Positions 35,433 through 45,232 of a DNA stretch of 64,000 nt are shown piece after piece. Position numbers and translations under genes: made by a program. The stretch is from Anaerolineales bacterium (GTDB lineage: Bacteria; Chloroflexota; Anaerolineae; Anaerolineales; Villigracilaceae). The stretch spans positions 1,145 to 65,144 of the forward strand of contig JBEKFY010000016.1 of NCBI GenBank assembly GCA_050013095.1, given 5' to 3'. Each line of letters starts with the position of its first letter. Position 1 is the first letter of the stretch. Below the pieces are notes generated by a model, which was not told the origin of the DNA, did not search any database, and was given only the letters and a program-made list of their open reading frames with translations.

Positions 35433-36413
35433 TCAAGGCTTGAGAAGGACCTCCTGGCTGAACAAATACATTTGACCGCTGATGCGATCATCCTGCTCGG
35501 TGACGACCAGCAGGGCCGGGGTCGCGACGGAAACCGAATAGGGGATATCCGTACTGAAGGGGACGTAACTATCATCGGGGGCGGGGTTCACCGTTACCAG
35601 GCGGGTGCTGATCACCGCCTTATCCTGGGTGATCAGTTCAAGCACCGTCGGAAGAGCGTTGAACGGGCGCATCGAACCAGCCACAGTCAGCCTGCCACCC
35701 GTGGCGACCGACCCCGCGGTCGGGAAATTCAGGGCACAGCGTTCCTTCAAATTACCGGGCGGGTTGATCTCCTCATTCCCATCCGACATTAAAAGCAAAT
35801 GTACGGAGTTGCTGGCCACCGTGCGCCCGTACTGGTCTTCGGTGCTGATGGTCAAGCGGCCCAATTCACCTGCCGCGCCGACCTCAAATGGGATCTCCAG
35901 GTAATAATAGGACCATGTCGCCCCGTACGGGAGAAACACGATCTCGCGCACCAGCAGGCGGCCGTCTTCGCCGTAAAGCTCGATCGTGGCTTTATGGTCA
36001 TACCCGGGAATGACATAGATACGCAGTTGGATCGGGGAAACGACCTTGGATAAGGGTCCCGGAGTCAGGATCTGGATCGCGTCGGAACCAGCGGTCGGCA
36101 ATGGCAGGGCGGTCTCATCCGGCGTCGGGGCGATGAGCGACGGCAGGGGAATGGTGGTCTCGGTTAAGGTCGCAGTCGGCTCAACGGTCGGAATTGTCGC
36201 AGAAGGGGTAGGCGGAACGATCTCCGGTGTGGGAGAGTCGGTCGCCTCCAAACTGACCGCCTGGCTGGGTTCGGTCGTTAGAGTGGGCAGCCGGAGCTGC
36301 GGAGTGGCCGTGGCCAGGACACCCGGCGCCTGGCTGCAGGCAGATAAAACGACCACGAGAAGGAAGACCGAGCCGCGGAAGAGGGGTCTCATAACAGTTG
36401 GCAAACCTCCCAT
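35433..36413 (-). CDS. Secreted lipoprotein, hypothetical
   Basis: Signal/lipobox FLLVVVLSAC (an alternative start is 36392). PT-rich linker, then a beta-rich domain. Confidence 0.6.
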   Translation of the reverse strand: MGGLPTVMRPLFRGSVFLLVVVLSACSQAPGVLATATPQLRLPTLTTEPSQAVSLEATDSPTPEIVPPTPSATIPTVEPTATLTETTIPLPSLIAPTPDETALPLPTAGSDAIQILTPGPLSKVVSPIQLRIYVIPGYDHKATIELYGEDGRLLVREIVFLPYGATWSYYYLEIPFEVGAAGELGRLTISTEDQYGRTVASNSVHLLLMSDGNEEINPPGNLKERCALNFPTAGSVATGGRLTVAGSMRPFNALPTVLELITQDKAVISTRLVTVNPAPDDSYVPFSTDIPYSVSVATPALLVVTEQDDRISGQMYLFSQEVLLKP

Positions 36414-36434
36414 TGGTCCATGGGAGATTTTCGA

Positions 36435-37934
36435 TTAAAGCCCGTAGATCTCACCATATTTCTGGTTAAGATAACGCAGATAGGGATGCGGATCGATCCT
36501 GGATCCCGTCACCTTCTGCACCAATTCCTGTGGCTCGTATTTTTTTCCATAACGATGGACCTTCTCGCGCAGCCAGGCAAGCAGGCCATCGAATTTCCCG
36601 GACCGGATCTCGTCCGAGAGGTCGGGGAGATCCTGGTTGATCTTCTCCCACAATTGGGCTGAGATCAGATTGCCAAGGGCGTAGGTCGAAAAATACCCGA
36701 TCATTCCACTAGACCAGTGCACGTCCTGTAAAACCCCCTCGGCATCATTCGGAGGGGTAACCCCTAAGTAGTCCTGCATCTTGGTGTTCCAGACCTCGGG
36801 CAGGTCTTTGACCGCCACCCTCCCTTCCAGCATGGCGATCTCGATCTCCAGGCGCAGCATGATGTGCAGGTTGTAAGTGGCTTCGTCCGCCTCCACCCGG
36901 ATAAAGGAAGGCTGGACCCGGTTGATGCCCCGGTAGAACTTGTCCAGGGACACTTTTTTGAGCTGCGGGAAGACCGCCTGCAAACGCGGGTAGAAATGCT
37001 GCCAGAAGGGCAGCGAGCGCCCGACCAGGTTTTCCCAGAGGCGCGACTGCGACTCGTGCACCGCTAATGAGGCCCCGGCTGACAGAGGCGAGCGCTCCAG
37101 CTCGGGCGCATGGCCCTGATCGTACAGCCCATGCCCGCACTCATGCATGGTGCCGAACAGCATAGTGTTCAGGAAATTCGGGTCGACCCGGGTCGTGATG
37201 CGCACATCGCCCGAGCTGGTGCTCTGGGTAAACGGATGGGGGGCTTTGTCCTGGCGGCCGCGCCGCCAATCGTATCCGAACCGGGTGATCACCTCCACCC
37301 CAAAATCCCATTGTTTCTTTTCATCGAACGGCTGGTGCAGGAAGGAATCATCCACCTGTGGTTTCCCGGCGATGGTCTTGATCAACTCCACCTGCTTTGG
37401 GCGTATGGCGTTAAAGATCGCTTGGACCTCGGCGGTCTTCATCCCGGGTTCATAATCGTCAAGCAGGACGTCATAAGGGTGATCGGCAGGTGGGAAAAAT
37501 GTCACATAGCGTTGGGCCAATTCGATGACCTTCTCCAGGTGCGGGCGGAAGAGGGAGAAATCAGATTTCTGGCGTGCCGCCACCCAGGCCTGGTAGGCGA
37601 GCGACTGGATCTGGCTCGACTCCACGATAAAGTCCGAGGGGACGCGAATGGCCTTGTCATAATCCCGGGCCGCCACCTTGATGAGGCGCGCCTCATCCGA
37701 ATCGGGGTCAAGCCCCGCCGCGTAAGGCTTAAGCTCATTGAGCAGTTTCCCGAGCTCGGGGGATGTTCCCCGATCGTGGGCGATGCGTCCGAGGGTACCA
37801 AGCTGCTCGCCGCGCGCCGCTGCCCCTTCCGGCGGGAGGTTGACCTGCTGATCCCAGCCCAGCAGGGCTGCGGCCCCGTTCAGGTCGGTGATCTCTGCCA
37901 GGTACATCTTGAGTTGTTGTAATTTTTTATCCAT
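36435..37934 (-). CDS. Carboxypeptidase Taq-type M32 metallopeptidase
   Basis: HECGHGLY (HExxH zinc site), HESQSRLWEN and IRVEADEATYNLHI are typical M32 motifs. Length 499 aa. Confidence 0.9.
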   Translation of the reverse strand: MDKKLQQLKMYLAEITDLNGAAALLGWDQQVNLPPEGAAARGEQLGTLGRIAHDRGTSPELGKLLNELKPYAAGLDPDSDEARLIKVAARDYDKAIRVPSDFIVESSQIQSLAYQAWVAARQKSDFSLFRPHLEKVIELAQRYVTFFPPADHPYDVLLDDYEPGMKTAEVQAIFNAIRPKQVELIKTIAGKPQVDDSFLHQPFDEKKQWDFGVEVITRFGYDWRRGRQDKAPHPFTQSTSSGDVRITTRVDPNFLNTMLFGTMHECGHGLYDQGHAPELERSPLSAGASLAVHESQSRLWENLVGRSLPFWQHFYPRLQAVFPQLKKVSLDKFYRGINRVQPSFIRVEADEATYNLHIMLRLEIEIAMLEGRVAVKDLPEVWNTKMQDYLGVTPPNDAEGVLQDVHWSSGMIGYFSTYALGNLISAQLWEKINQDLPDLSDEIRSGKFDGLLAWLREKVHRYGKKYEPQELVQKVTGSRIDPHPYLRYLNQKYGEIYGL

Positions 37935-37964
37935 ATCTGAGGATGGTTCCTTTGAGGATGAAAA

Positions 37965-39029
37965 TTATTGGAGTTTTTGGGTTGGCGTTGGCGTTGGCGT
38001 ACGCGTCGGTAAAGGCGTTGGCGTGGGCGTGGGGGGAAGCGGGCAGATGCCTGGTTCATTTCCGGTCGGGGTGAAGCCTACCGCCCAGCGGCAGGTGTTG
38101 TCGATCCCATAGAGAGCCTTGAGCGGATAGTACTGCGTCAGCTCGACGAGCGGCGATCCCGCCTGCGCCTGGGTGAAGTGGTCGTCGTAATCGAACCAGT
38201 CCGGATGGAACATGACCGGGTCGATCGCCCAGGCTCCCCACAGGAAGGGATTGGCATCGTTGAACAGTGTCCGTTTGAATGCGATCTGGACGCTCGAGGA
38301 ATTGAGCTGAGAGATCCGTCCCCAGGCTAGGTCCGGATCTGACCCCTGGCCCTGATTGAAAAGGAGCTTCTCGTAGCCGTCCCCGGTCTGCGGCGGGGGG
38401 TCCGACTCGACCGGATGAATGCCGCCGACGTCATGGTTCGCATCCTCCCAGATCTGGACACCGTCCGTGGTCCAGCCTACCCCTGGGGCAAGGACCACGA
38501 CCAGAAAGTCTCCACGGCCATCCCGGTTCACATCCAATTCGACCGCGTACTCCTCGGTCAGGCCGCCTTTCGGATCCTGGCCGACCAGGTCGATCGTCAC
38601 GTAGTCCCAGGAGGAATCCCTTGAGAATCGGGCCGCTTTGATATCGAGATCAGGATAGTAGGTGGTCATGGTCTGGTCAAAAGGCCGCTCGAAAAGGTTG
38701 ATATTAAAATTCTCGCCACCCGGCGCCCGATGCTGGGAGGCTACCGAGGATGAATCGATGTCCTGGATCTGACTCACAAAGGAGGCCGGAGGATCCACAG
38801 GAGAGGTTTTATGGACGATGGCCGTCGGCGTTCCGCTGGCTGCCGCGGACAGCACGGTCGCGGGCAGGGCAATTGCAACCGGCACAGTCGCGCTGGGCAA
38901 TATGGAAAGCGGCGTAGTGCTGGTAAAACCCTGCACGACCGAATACGGCAGGTTGCAGGCTGCAGCCGTAGCAAGCAGGGTCCCTACGAAGAGACAGCAC
39001 CTCCAAAATGCGCGCGATCTTCCTCTCAA
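37965..39029 (-). CDS. Secreted hypothetical protein with a PT-rich C-terminal tail
   Basis: N-terminal signal-like segment (CCLFVGTLLATAAAC). C-terminal PPTPTPTPLPTRTPTPTPT. Confidence 0.6.
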   Translation of the reverse strand: MRGRSRAFWRCCLFVGTLLATAAACNLPYSVVQGFTSTTPLSILPSATVPVAIALPATVLSAAASGTPTAIVHKTSPVDPPASFVSQIQDIDSSSVASQHRAPGGENFNINLFERPFDQTMTTYYPDLDIKAARFSRDSSWDYVTIDLVGQDPKGGLTEEYAVELDVNRDGRGDFLVVVLAPGVGWTTDGVQIWEDANHDVGGIHPVESDPPPQTGDGYEKLLFNQGQGSDPDLAWGRISQLNSSSVQIAFKRTLFNDANPFLWGAWAIDPVMFHPDWFDYDDHFTQAQAGSPLVELTQYYPLKALYGIDNTCRWAVGFTPTGNEPGICPLPPTPTPTPLPTRTPTPTPTQKLQ

Positions 39030-39204
39030 CCCATCTCCTATTTCATTGTATCCTCAAAATGGGGCGACACCCCTACACGCAGAAGGTCATTTGCATGCAA
39101 CCTTCGCAAGTCTCGATTATACTCCCCCTCCATCAGCGCATCTTATCCGGGAGAGTTGCGAGGCGGAGGCAGTCCAGGCGGAGCCAATCGTCCCTGCAAA
39201 GGAT

Positions 39205-39778
39205 CTAAATCCGGTAATACCAGTTCAGCATGACCTCATGGGCCACCTCCGGCACCCCGGCATACCCGAACCGGTGGATCTCACCCGGTTCGCAGCCCAT
39301 GCGCTGGTAGAAGCGGCAGGCGGGAACGTTGACGTTCTGCGTCTCGACCTTCATCTGCCGGAGGCCGCGCTTCCGGGACCAATCCACTGCATAACGAAAG
39401 AGCAGGATGCCAGCGCCGCGGTACTGCGGTCGTACGCGGATGTCCCAAAGCACGCATAGATCGCTCCGGGCTTCCAGCATAAAGACCCCGGTCGAATCGA
39501 CGGCTACGGCGGCCGCGCCCGCGGTCTCGTCCCCCCAGCGGGCCAGGAAGAAGCCCCAGGCGCGCACATCGAAACTTCCGGGGCCAATCCAGGGCAGTCT
39601 CGCCATGGGCATCATAATCCTTGATATAAGGGTCGACCGGCACCTCCTCGAGGCGCATACCTCCCAGGCCTCCCTGGATGAGTTCGACCTGCAGGACGGA
39701 CCTGACCTCCAGGCTGCTTGGGACACGGGCGTATTCCGCCAGGCGGTCAGGCGTGATCTCGATGATCTCGAGTTTCAC
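39205..39778 (-). pseudogene. GNAT acetyltransferase (streptothricin-acetyltransferase-like) interrupted by a 1-nt frameshift
   Basis: The N-terminal 69 aa are in frame A (MKLEIIEITPDRLAEY...DWPRKF). The GNAT core is in frame B (DVRAWGFFLARW...QYRGAGILLFRYAVDWSRKRG...FYQRMGC). The junction is at the homopolymers GGGG/AAA around 39572-39585. Confidence 0.6.
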
Positions 39779-39870
39779 AGCCCTCCTGAATCAAACTCCC
39801 GATGCTGAAAAGACACCGGGAGTTGAGATGCAGATGAAAGGGTTTCCTCCGCCGAAGCCGGCGGCGCGGT

Positions 39871-41103
39871 TTATTCGTATCGCAGGGCTTCAACAGGCTC
39901 AAGACCCGCGGCTCGGTTTGCCGGATAGATACCGAAGAACAGGCCGACCGCCGCCGAGAAGAGCGTCGCCAGAAGGATCGAGTTGAGCTGGACGGTCGGA
40001 CTGAAGGCGTTTCCGGTGGCCGTGGCGATCTGCCCAATCAGGAGGGCGAGCAGCCAGCCCAGGACGATGCCGATCAAGCCGCCGAAAAGGCTCAAGAGAG
40101 ATGATTCGGTCAGGAACTGGATCAGGATATCGCGCTTGCGAGCCCCCAGGGCTTTGCGCAGGCCGATCTCGCGCGTCCGTTCGGTGACCGAAACCAGCAT
40201 GATGTTCATGATGCCGATCCCGCCGACCAGCAGGGAGATAGCTGCGATGCCTCCGATAAAGATGGTGAACACGCCGGTGATGGTCGTTGCAATCGAAAGC
40301 ACATCCTGTTGCGAGAAGATGGTGAAGTCATCCAGCCCCGGCTGAGTGCGGTGCCGTTCACGGAGGACCTGGGAGACCTCCTCGGTCGCCAAGGTGACCG
40401 TCTTGGGGCTCGTGGCCTGTACCAGGAGTTCGTCGACGGAGTTGGGAACGGTGGAGGGGATCAGGCGGGCCTGGGCTGTGGTAAAGGGCACAATGATCCG
40501 GCTGTCCTGGCTGCCGAAAGAACTCCCGCCCTTCGAGGCCAGCACGCCGACCACGCGGAACGGTTGTTCATTGATTCGCAGGGTCGCACCGATCAGCCCG
40601 TCATGGCGGCCGTATAGTTTATCCGCGATGGCAGGACCGATCACCGCCACGGAGGCATATCCCAGCATCTGGTCCTGGGTCAGGAAGCTTCCCTCGGTCA
40701 CTGTAAAGTTCTGCAGCGTGAAATAGGACGGGGTGGCGCCGATGATGGCGCTGCGGGTCGCCTTCCCGATCGTCGTGCTGACCTCCGCGCTGCCCTGGAT
40801 GCTGGGAGAAACCGCCGCCACGTCCGGCGCAGCCAGAGGATTGGCGATGGCCTGGGCATCGGCCAGGGTCAGCGGACGAGGGTTCGTCACGTCCACGGTA
40901 TTATTCCCCGGGGAGACGAACAACAGGTTCGTCCCGATCCCGCTGATGGCGCTGGTGATCGAGGACTGCGCACCCTGGCCGACCGAAAGCATGGCGATGA
41001 CCGCCGCCACGCCGATAATGATCCCCAGGATGGTCAGGCCGGAACGCAGCCGGTTCGAGTTCAGGCTTTCGAGCGCTTCCAGGATGGATTGACCGATGTT
41101 CAT
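39871..41103 (-). CDS. ABC transporter permease, MacB/FtsX family
   Basis: MacB_PCD-type periplasmic domain followed by FtsX helices (ISLLVGGIGIMNIMLVSVTERTREIGLRKALGA). Confidence 0.9.
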   Translation of the reverse strand: MNIGQSILEALESLNSNRLRSGLTILGIIIGVAAVIAMLSVGQGAQSSITSAISGIGTNLLFVSPGNNTVDVTNPRPLTLADAQAIANPLAAPDVAAVSPSIQGSAEVSTTIGKATRSAIIGATPSYFTLQNFTVTEGSFLTQDQMLGYASVAVIGPAIADKLYGRHDGLIGATLRINEQPFRVVGVLASKGGSSFGSQDSRIIVPFTTAQARLIPSTVPNSVDELLVQATSPKTVTLATEEVSQVLRERHRTQPGLDDFTIFSQQDVLSIATTITGVFTIFIGGIAAISLLVGGIGIMNIMLVSVTERTREIGLRKALGARKRDILIQFLTESSLLSLFGGLIGIVLGWLLALLIGQIATATGNAFSPTVQLNSILLATLFSAAVGLFFGIYPANRAAGLEPVEALRYE

Positions 41104-41777
41104 ACGGCCTCGACCAGTCCATCGCGTAGATGGATGATGCGCTGCGTTCGGGAAGCCACCGTCGGGTCATGGGTGATGATGATCAGCGTCGTGCCCTTTT
41201 CCCGGTTGAGGTCCAGGAGCAGTTGGATGATCTCCTTGCCGACCTTGGAGTCAAGGTTGCCGGTCGGTTCGTCCGCCATGACGATCGCGGGGTTATTAAC
41301 CAGGGCGCGGGCGATCGCCACGCGCTGCTGCTGTCCGCCGGAGAGCTCTGTGGGCCGGTGAAACACCCGGTCCTTTAATCCAACTGCTTCGAGGGCTTCC
41401 ATGGCGATCTGCTTGCGGCCCGAGGTCACACCCGCGTAGCGCAGCGGCAGCTCAACATTGGCGAGGGCCGTGGTGCGCGAGAGCAGGTTAAAGCTCTGGA
41501 ACACGAACCCGACCTTGCGGTTGCGGATATCCGCCAGCTGATCATCTTTCAAGGTGGAAACCTGTTCTCCATCCAGGGTGTAGTCTCCGCTGGTGGGCAG
41601 GTCCAGGCAGCCCAGGATATTCATCAAGGTCGATTTGCCCGACCCGGACGGCCCCATGATGGCAATCACCTCGCCGCGCTCGATCTGCAGCGAAACGCCG
41701 CACAGGGCGCACACTTCCACCTCACCCATCACATAGGTCTTAACCAGATCCCTGGCGATAATGACCGGTTCTGCCAT
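41100..41777 (-). CDS. ABC transporter ATP-binding protein (MacB/LolD-like)
   Basis: Walker A GPSGSGKST, signature LSGGQQQRVAIARAL, Walker B IVMADEPTGNLD. Confidence 0.9.
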   Translation of the reverse strand: MAEPVIIARDLVKTYVMGEVEVCALCGVSLQIERGEVIAIMGPSGSGKSTLMNILGCLDLPTSGDYTLDGEQVSTLKDDQLADIRNRKVGFVFQSFNLLSRTTALANVELPLRYAGVTSGRKQIAMEALEAVGLKDRVFHRPTELSGGQQQRVAIARALVNNPAIVMADEPTGNLDSKVGKEIIQLLLDLNREKGTTLIIITHDPTVASRTQRIIHLRDGLVEAV

Positions 41778-43237
41778 TAACCACCTCCGCCACCGAAGCG
41801 GAAACCGCCACCGCCACCCCCACCGGCGCGCTGCCCGCTGAAGATACCGGAGGGGGGATTCAAGATGATCAGGTCGCCGACCTTGAGGTCGCCCGAAAGA
41901 ACCTGGCTGACTGTATCCGAGGAGGCGCCGAGCGTGACGGGGACTTCCTGGACAACTCCATTGCGAATGACGTAAACCACCTGCTGGTTATTTACCTCGC
42001 GCACGGCCCCGTTCGGCACGATCAGCACATTGTTCAGCTGATTCACCACGATCGTCACCGCAGCCGTCATGCCAGGTTTGACCAGGGCATCTGTATCATC
42101 GAGCTGCACGGTGACGGTGAAGTTCACAGCCCCCGAGACGACATCCCCGGCCTGGGCGACCGTCACCACCTGGCCAGTATACGTCTTGCCCTGGATGGCA
42201 TCGAAGGTCAGCGTCACATTCTGGCCGACCTTCACGCTGTCGATGTCCACCTCCGAGACCTGGACGTCCACCAGCAGCTTGGAAAGGTCATCGATCCGGA
42301 ACGCGCTCGTGCCCGGTGCCACCTGATCCCCCACGAGCCCGTTGACCTCCGTTACGGTACCGGCGAAAGGCGCACTGATCTGGGCCAGCTGAACGGCGGC
42401 GCGTGCCGAATCAACGTTCGCCTGGTCTATCAGGATATCGTTCGGATCCGGTCCGTTTTGCAGCTTGTTCCAGGTGCGCTGGGCGTCGGCCACCTGCGCC
42501 TGAGCCTGAGCCAGCTGGGCGTCCAGTACGGCCTGATCCTGGTCCGTGTTATGACCGACGTACCAGTTGTAGGTGGCGATCAGGTTATCGCGATTTTTCT
42601 TGGCAGTATAGAGATTCGTATAAGCAGCCGCCCGGTTGACATTGTCGTATGCCAGATTGGAAGTGTCATTGTATCGTGCCTGGAGAACAGACACCTGTTT
42701 GTTGGCCAGGACAATTTCCTCTTCCTGATTGATGATCGTCTGCGGATCAGCGCGGAAGGAGGTCTGGTAGGCATAATTCGACTCGACGGTATAGAGGTTC
42801 TTCTGAGCGTTCGCCAGGTCGAGCTGGGCCTGAGCTTGGGCCGATTTGGAGTGCAGAAGATCGTCCAGCGCCTTCTGGGCTGTGGCCAGAGCTGCCTGCG
42901 CTTGGATCACATTCTGCGGCAGCGAGGTCGGATCGAGAGAAGCCAGAACATCTCCCGCTTTGACCGGATCCCCGGGTTGAACGTTCAACGCTGCGACCGT
43001 GCCGGTCGTCTGCCAGGACAGGCTGGCAGTCTGGCGCGCCCTCACCGTGCCGGTCGCACCGACGGAGGCGGTCAGGCTGCCGCGCGCCGCGGCCTGGGTC
43101 TGATACAGGGCAGCCTGCGCCTGGTTCTGACTCCGGATCCTCAGTCCTACCACGACGACAATCACCAGGACCACAACACCCAGGATGATCCAGATGCGGG
43201 TCCTGATCCCCTTAATCCAACCAAAGAATTTCTTCAT
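41777..43237 (-). CDS. Efflux periplasmic adaptor (HlyD/MacA-type membrane fusion protein) with a Gly-rich C-terminal tail
   Basis: Start moved to ATG 43237 (MKKFFGWIKG..., TM helix). Coiled-coil hairpin and beta-barrel/lipoyl motifs (GDPVKAGDVLASLD). Tail GGGGGGGFRFGGGGG. Confidence 0.85.
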   Translation of the reverse strand: MKKFFGWIKGIRTRIWIILGVVVLVIVVVVGLRIRSQNQAQAALYQTQAAARGSLTASVGATGTVRARQTASLSWQTTGTVAALNVQPGDPVKAGDVLASLDPTSLPQNVIQAQAALATAQKALDDLLHSKSAQAQAQLDLANAQKNLYTVESNYAYQTSFRADPQTIINQEEEIVLANKQVSVLQARYNDTSNLAYDNVNRAAAYTNLYTAKKNRDNLIATYNWYVGHNTDQDQAVLDAQLAQAQAQVADAQRTWNKLQNGPDPNDILIDQANVDSARAAVQLAQISAPFAGTVTEVNGLVGDQVAPGTSAFRIDDLSKLLVDVQVSEVDIDSVKVGQNVTLTFDAIQGKTYTGQVVTVAQAGDVVSGAVNFTVTVQLDDTDALVKPGMTAAVTIVVNQLNNVLIVPNGAVREVNNQQVVYVIRNGVVQEVPVTLGASSDTVSQVLSGDLKVGDLIILNPPSGIFSGQRAGGGGGGGFRFGGGGG

Positions 43238-43645
43238 GGTACTTTCTCTCCATAACCGGATTCTACTGCTTCTTGCACATCCATCCAAGTTTCGCTGTCT
43301 CGAATTAGCCGAGCATGACGGGTCCGCGGTTTCAATACTTACGCGGTACTTTGTAATTCCGGGTATATCCGGACCGAAATAGAATAAAAGAACTGCGCCC
43401 TTTTCCCAGGATGACAGAGAACGGGAAAGGGAAGGAGTGATATGGTTATACGACCCACAAACTGTAATTTTACTCGAGGGTCATCAAAACGGGAGGCTAA
43501 AATCAAGTGTTCTAATGGAACTATTACATATTCCTTTGTGATAATCGTCGCAAGCAATGGTGACATATAAGCCTGTATGGCGGCCTGTAAACTGGGTATG
43601 ATGATAGCAGTAGTAGGAAAAGCATTGATAGGCTTAGAGGTGGCC

Positions 43646-45085
43646 ATGCAAAAAATACCGAGCGAATCCCTTGAAATTGACCGCAAAGCGCGGGTTTACA
43701 TGCCCTACCAGGATGTATCCCTGCGTCCTTCCGAGGAACGGGTGGGCGATGGCAACGACGTGGTCATTCCTCTGGATGCCGAGCGCGCCATGCTGGAGGC
43801 TTCGCGCTGCATCCACTGCCCGGATCCGGCTCCCTGCATGCTGGCCTGTCCCTGCCACAACGACATCCCCTCCACCATGTGGCTGATCGAACAGGGATGT
43901 TTTGTCGAGGCCTCCCAGCTTTATCGCCAGATGTCCAGCCTGCCAGAGATCTGCTCGCGGGTCTGCCCGCATGAACAGCTCTGCCAGGGGTCCTGCGTTC
44001 TGAACAAGACCTACGAGCCGGTGCTCTGCGGTCCACTCGAATCTTTTGCAGTCGATTATGAGCGCAAGACCCAGGAGGTAACCATCCCGGTCGGAACAGC
44101 GACCGGGAAGAAGGTCGCCATCGTCGGGGCAGGCCCCGCGGGCCTCGGCTGTGCGGAGATCCTGCTCCAGCTGGGTCATGCGGTCACCCTCTTCGACTCC
44201 AAACTCGCCCCCGGGGGGCTGCTCGTTTACGGCATTCCCAGTTTCAAGCTCAGCAAGGATGTTTTCTTCTCCCGCTGGGGAGACTTCGAACGGGCTGGAG
44301 CGAAATGGGTCCCCAGCACGACGATCGGCAAGGACAGGACAATCGATGACCTTTTCCACGAAGGCTTCGAAGCGGTCTTCATCGGGGTCGGTACCGGGAT
44401 CGACGCAAAAATGGACATCCCCGGCGAGGACCTGCCGGGTGTCTACGAGGCGACCGATTTCCTGGAGCGGAGCAATACGGACCTTAAGCTTCTTCCCAAG
44501 GACCAGCGCAAACGGCCGGCCGTGGGAAAACGGGTCGTCGTCATCGGCGGAGGCGACACGGCTTCCGATTGTCTGCGCACCTCCCTGCGCAGCGGCGCTG
44601 AGGAAGTCACCTGTCTCTATCGCCGAACCGAGAAGGAAATGCCCGGCGGCCGCAAGGACCGCAAGCTGGCCCGCGAGGAAGGTGCCAAGTATCGTTTCCT
44701 GACCCAGCCGGTCAAATTCATCGCCGGCGAGGACGGCCACCTGGCGGCCGTCGAGTGCATCGAGATGAGGCTCGGCGAGCCGGATGCCAAAGGCCGGCGC
44801 AAGCCGGTGCCGGTCGAAGGATCGAATTTTTCGATCGCCGTGGATACAGCCATCAAAGCCCTCGGTTACTGGCCGGATCCGATCATCGGGAAGTCCACGC
44901 CTGACCTGGAGGTCCACGATTACGGCCTGATCACCGTCGTGGACCGCGAGAGCGGTGCCACCAGCCGGCCCGGCGTTTACGCCGGCGGGGACGATGTCAC
45001 GGGACCGGATCTGGTCGTTACCGCCATGGTGGCCGGCCGGAAGGCCGGGATGGCCATCGACCAGTATCTCCAGGGTACTGCATAA
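43646..45085 (+). CDS. GltD-like NAD(P)H-dependent FAD/Fe-S oxidoreductase (glutamate synthase small-subunit family)
   Basis: Start moved to ATG 43646. N-terminal Fe-S cysteines (CIHCPDPAPCMLACPC; CSRVCPHEQLCQGSC). Dinucleotide folds VAIVGAGPAGLGCA and VVVIGGGDTASDC. Confidence 0.85.
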   Translation: MQKIPSESLEIDRKARVYMPYQDVSLRPSEERVGDGNDVVIPLDAERAMLEASRCIHCPDPAPCMLACPCHNDIPSTMWLIEQGCFVEASQLYRQMSSLPEICSRVCPHEQLCQGSCVLNKTYEPVLCGPLESFAVDYERKTQEVTIPVGTATGKKVAIVGAGPAGLGCAEILLQLGHAVTLFDSKLAPGGLLVYGIPSFKLSKDVFFSRWGDFERAGAKWVPSTTIGKDRTIDDLFHEGFEAVFIGVGTGIDAKMDIPGEDLPGVYEATDFLERSNTDLKLLPKDQRKRPAVGKRVVVIGGGDTASDCLRTSLRSGAEEVTCLYRRTEKEMPGGRKDRKLAREEGAKYRFLTQPVKFIAGEDGHLAAVECIEMRLGEPDAKGRRKPVPVEGSNFSIAVDTAIKALGYWPDPIIGKSTPDLEVHDYGLITVVDRESGATSRPGVYAGGDDVTGPDLVVTAMVAGRKAGMAIDQYLQGTA

Positions 45086-45131
45086 ATCAGCAGATCCAGA
45101 CCCCTTCGAAAGCTTAAAAATCCAAATTCTG

Positions 45132-45165
45132 AAAATCGGGAGGCCCATTCCGGCCTCCCGATTTT
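45132..45165. terminator. Bidirectional rho-independent terminator between convergent genes
   Basis: AAAATCGGGAGGCC-cattc-CGGCCTCCCGATTTT: a GC-rich 11-bp stem flanked by an A-run and a T-run. Confidence 0.6.
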
Positions 45166-45232
45166 GATCCAGCCACTGCCGCACGGATCTTCAAGTCGTG
45201 CGGCGTATTCAGGTCGTCCGGGAATGATACGC

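Noticed and set aside
37965-38045. GGCGTTGGCGT-type short tandem repeats that superficially resemble a repeat array.
   Set aside because: They encode the PTPTPT C-terminal tail of the secreted protein. They have no spacer-repeat architecture, and no CRISPR array exists anywhere in the window.
35334-43255. Other long antisense ORFs in the core region (35334-35792, 36046-36438, 37110-37922, 38811-39459, 39983-41361 set, 42458-43255).
   Set aside because: Each lies opposite a gene with strong family motifs (lipoprotein, M32 peptidase, ABC permease/ATPase, HlyD adaptor). None has recognisable motifs of its own.
43634-45184. A 516-aa minus-strand ORF opposite the GltD-like gene.
   Set aside because: It has a GC-rich shadow frame and a low-complexity Arg/Gly/Ala/Pro-rich translation with no motifs. 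The plus-strand frame carries clear Fe-S and dinucleotide-binding motifs.
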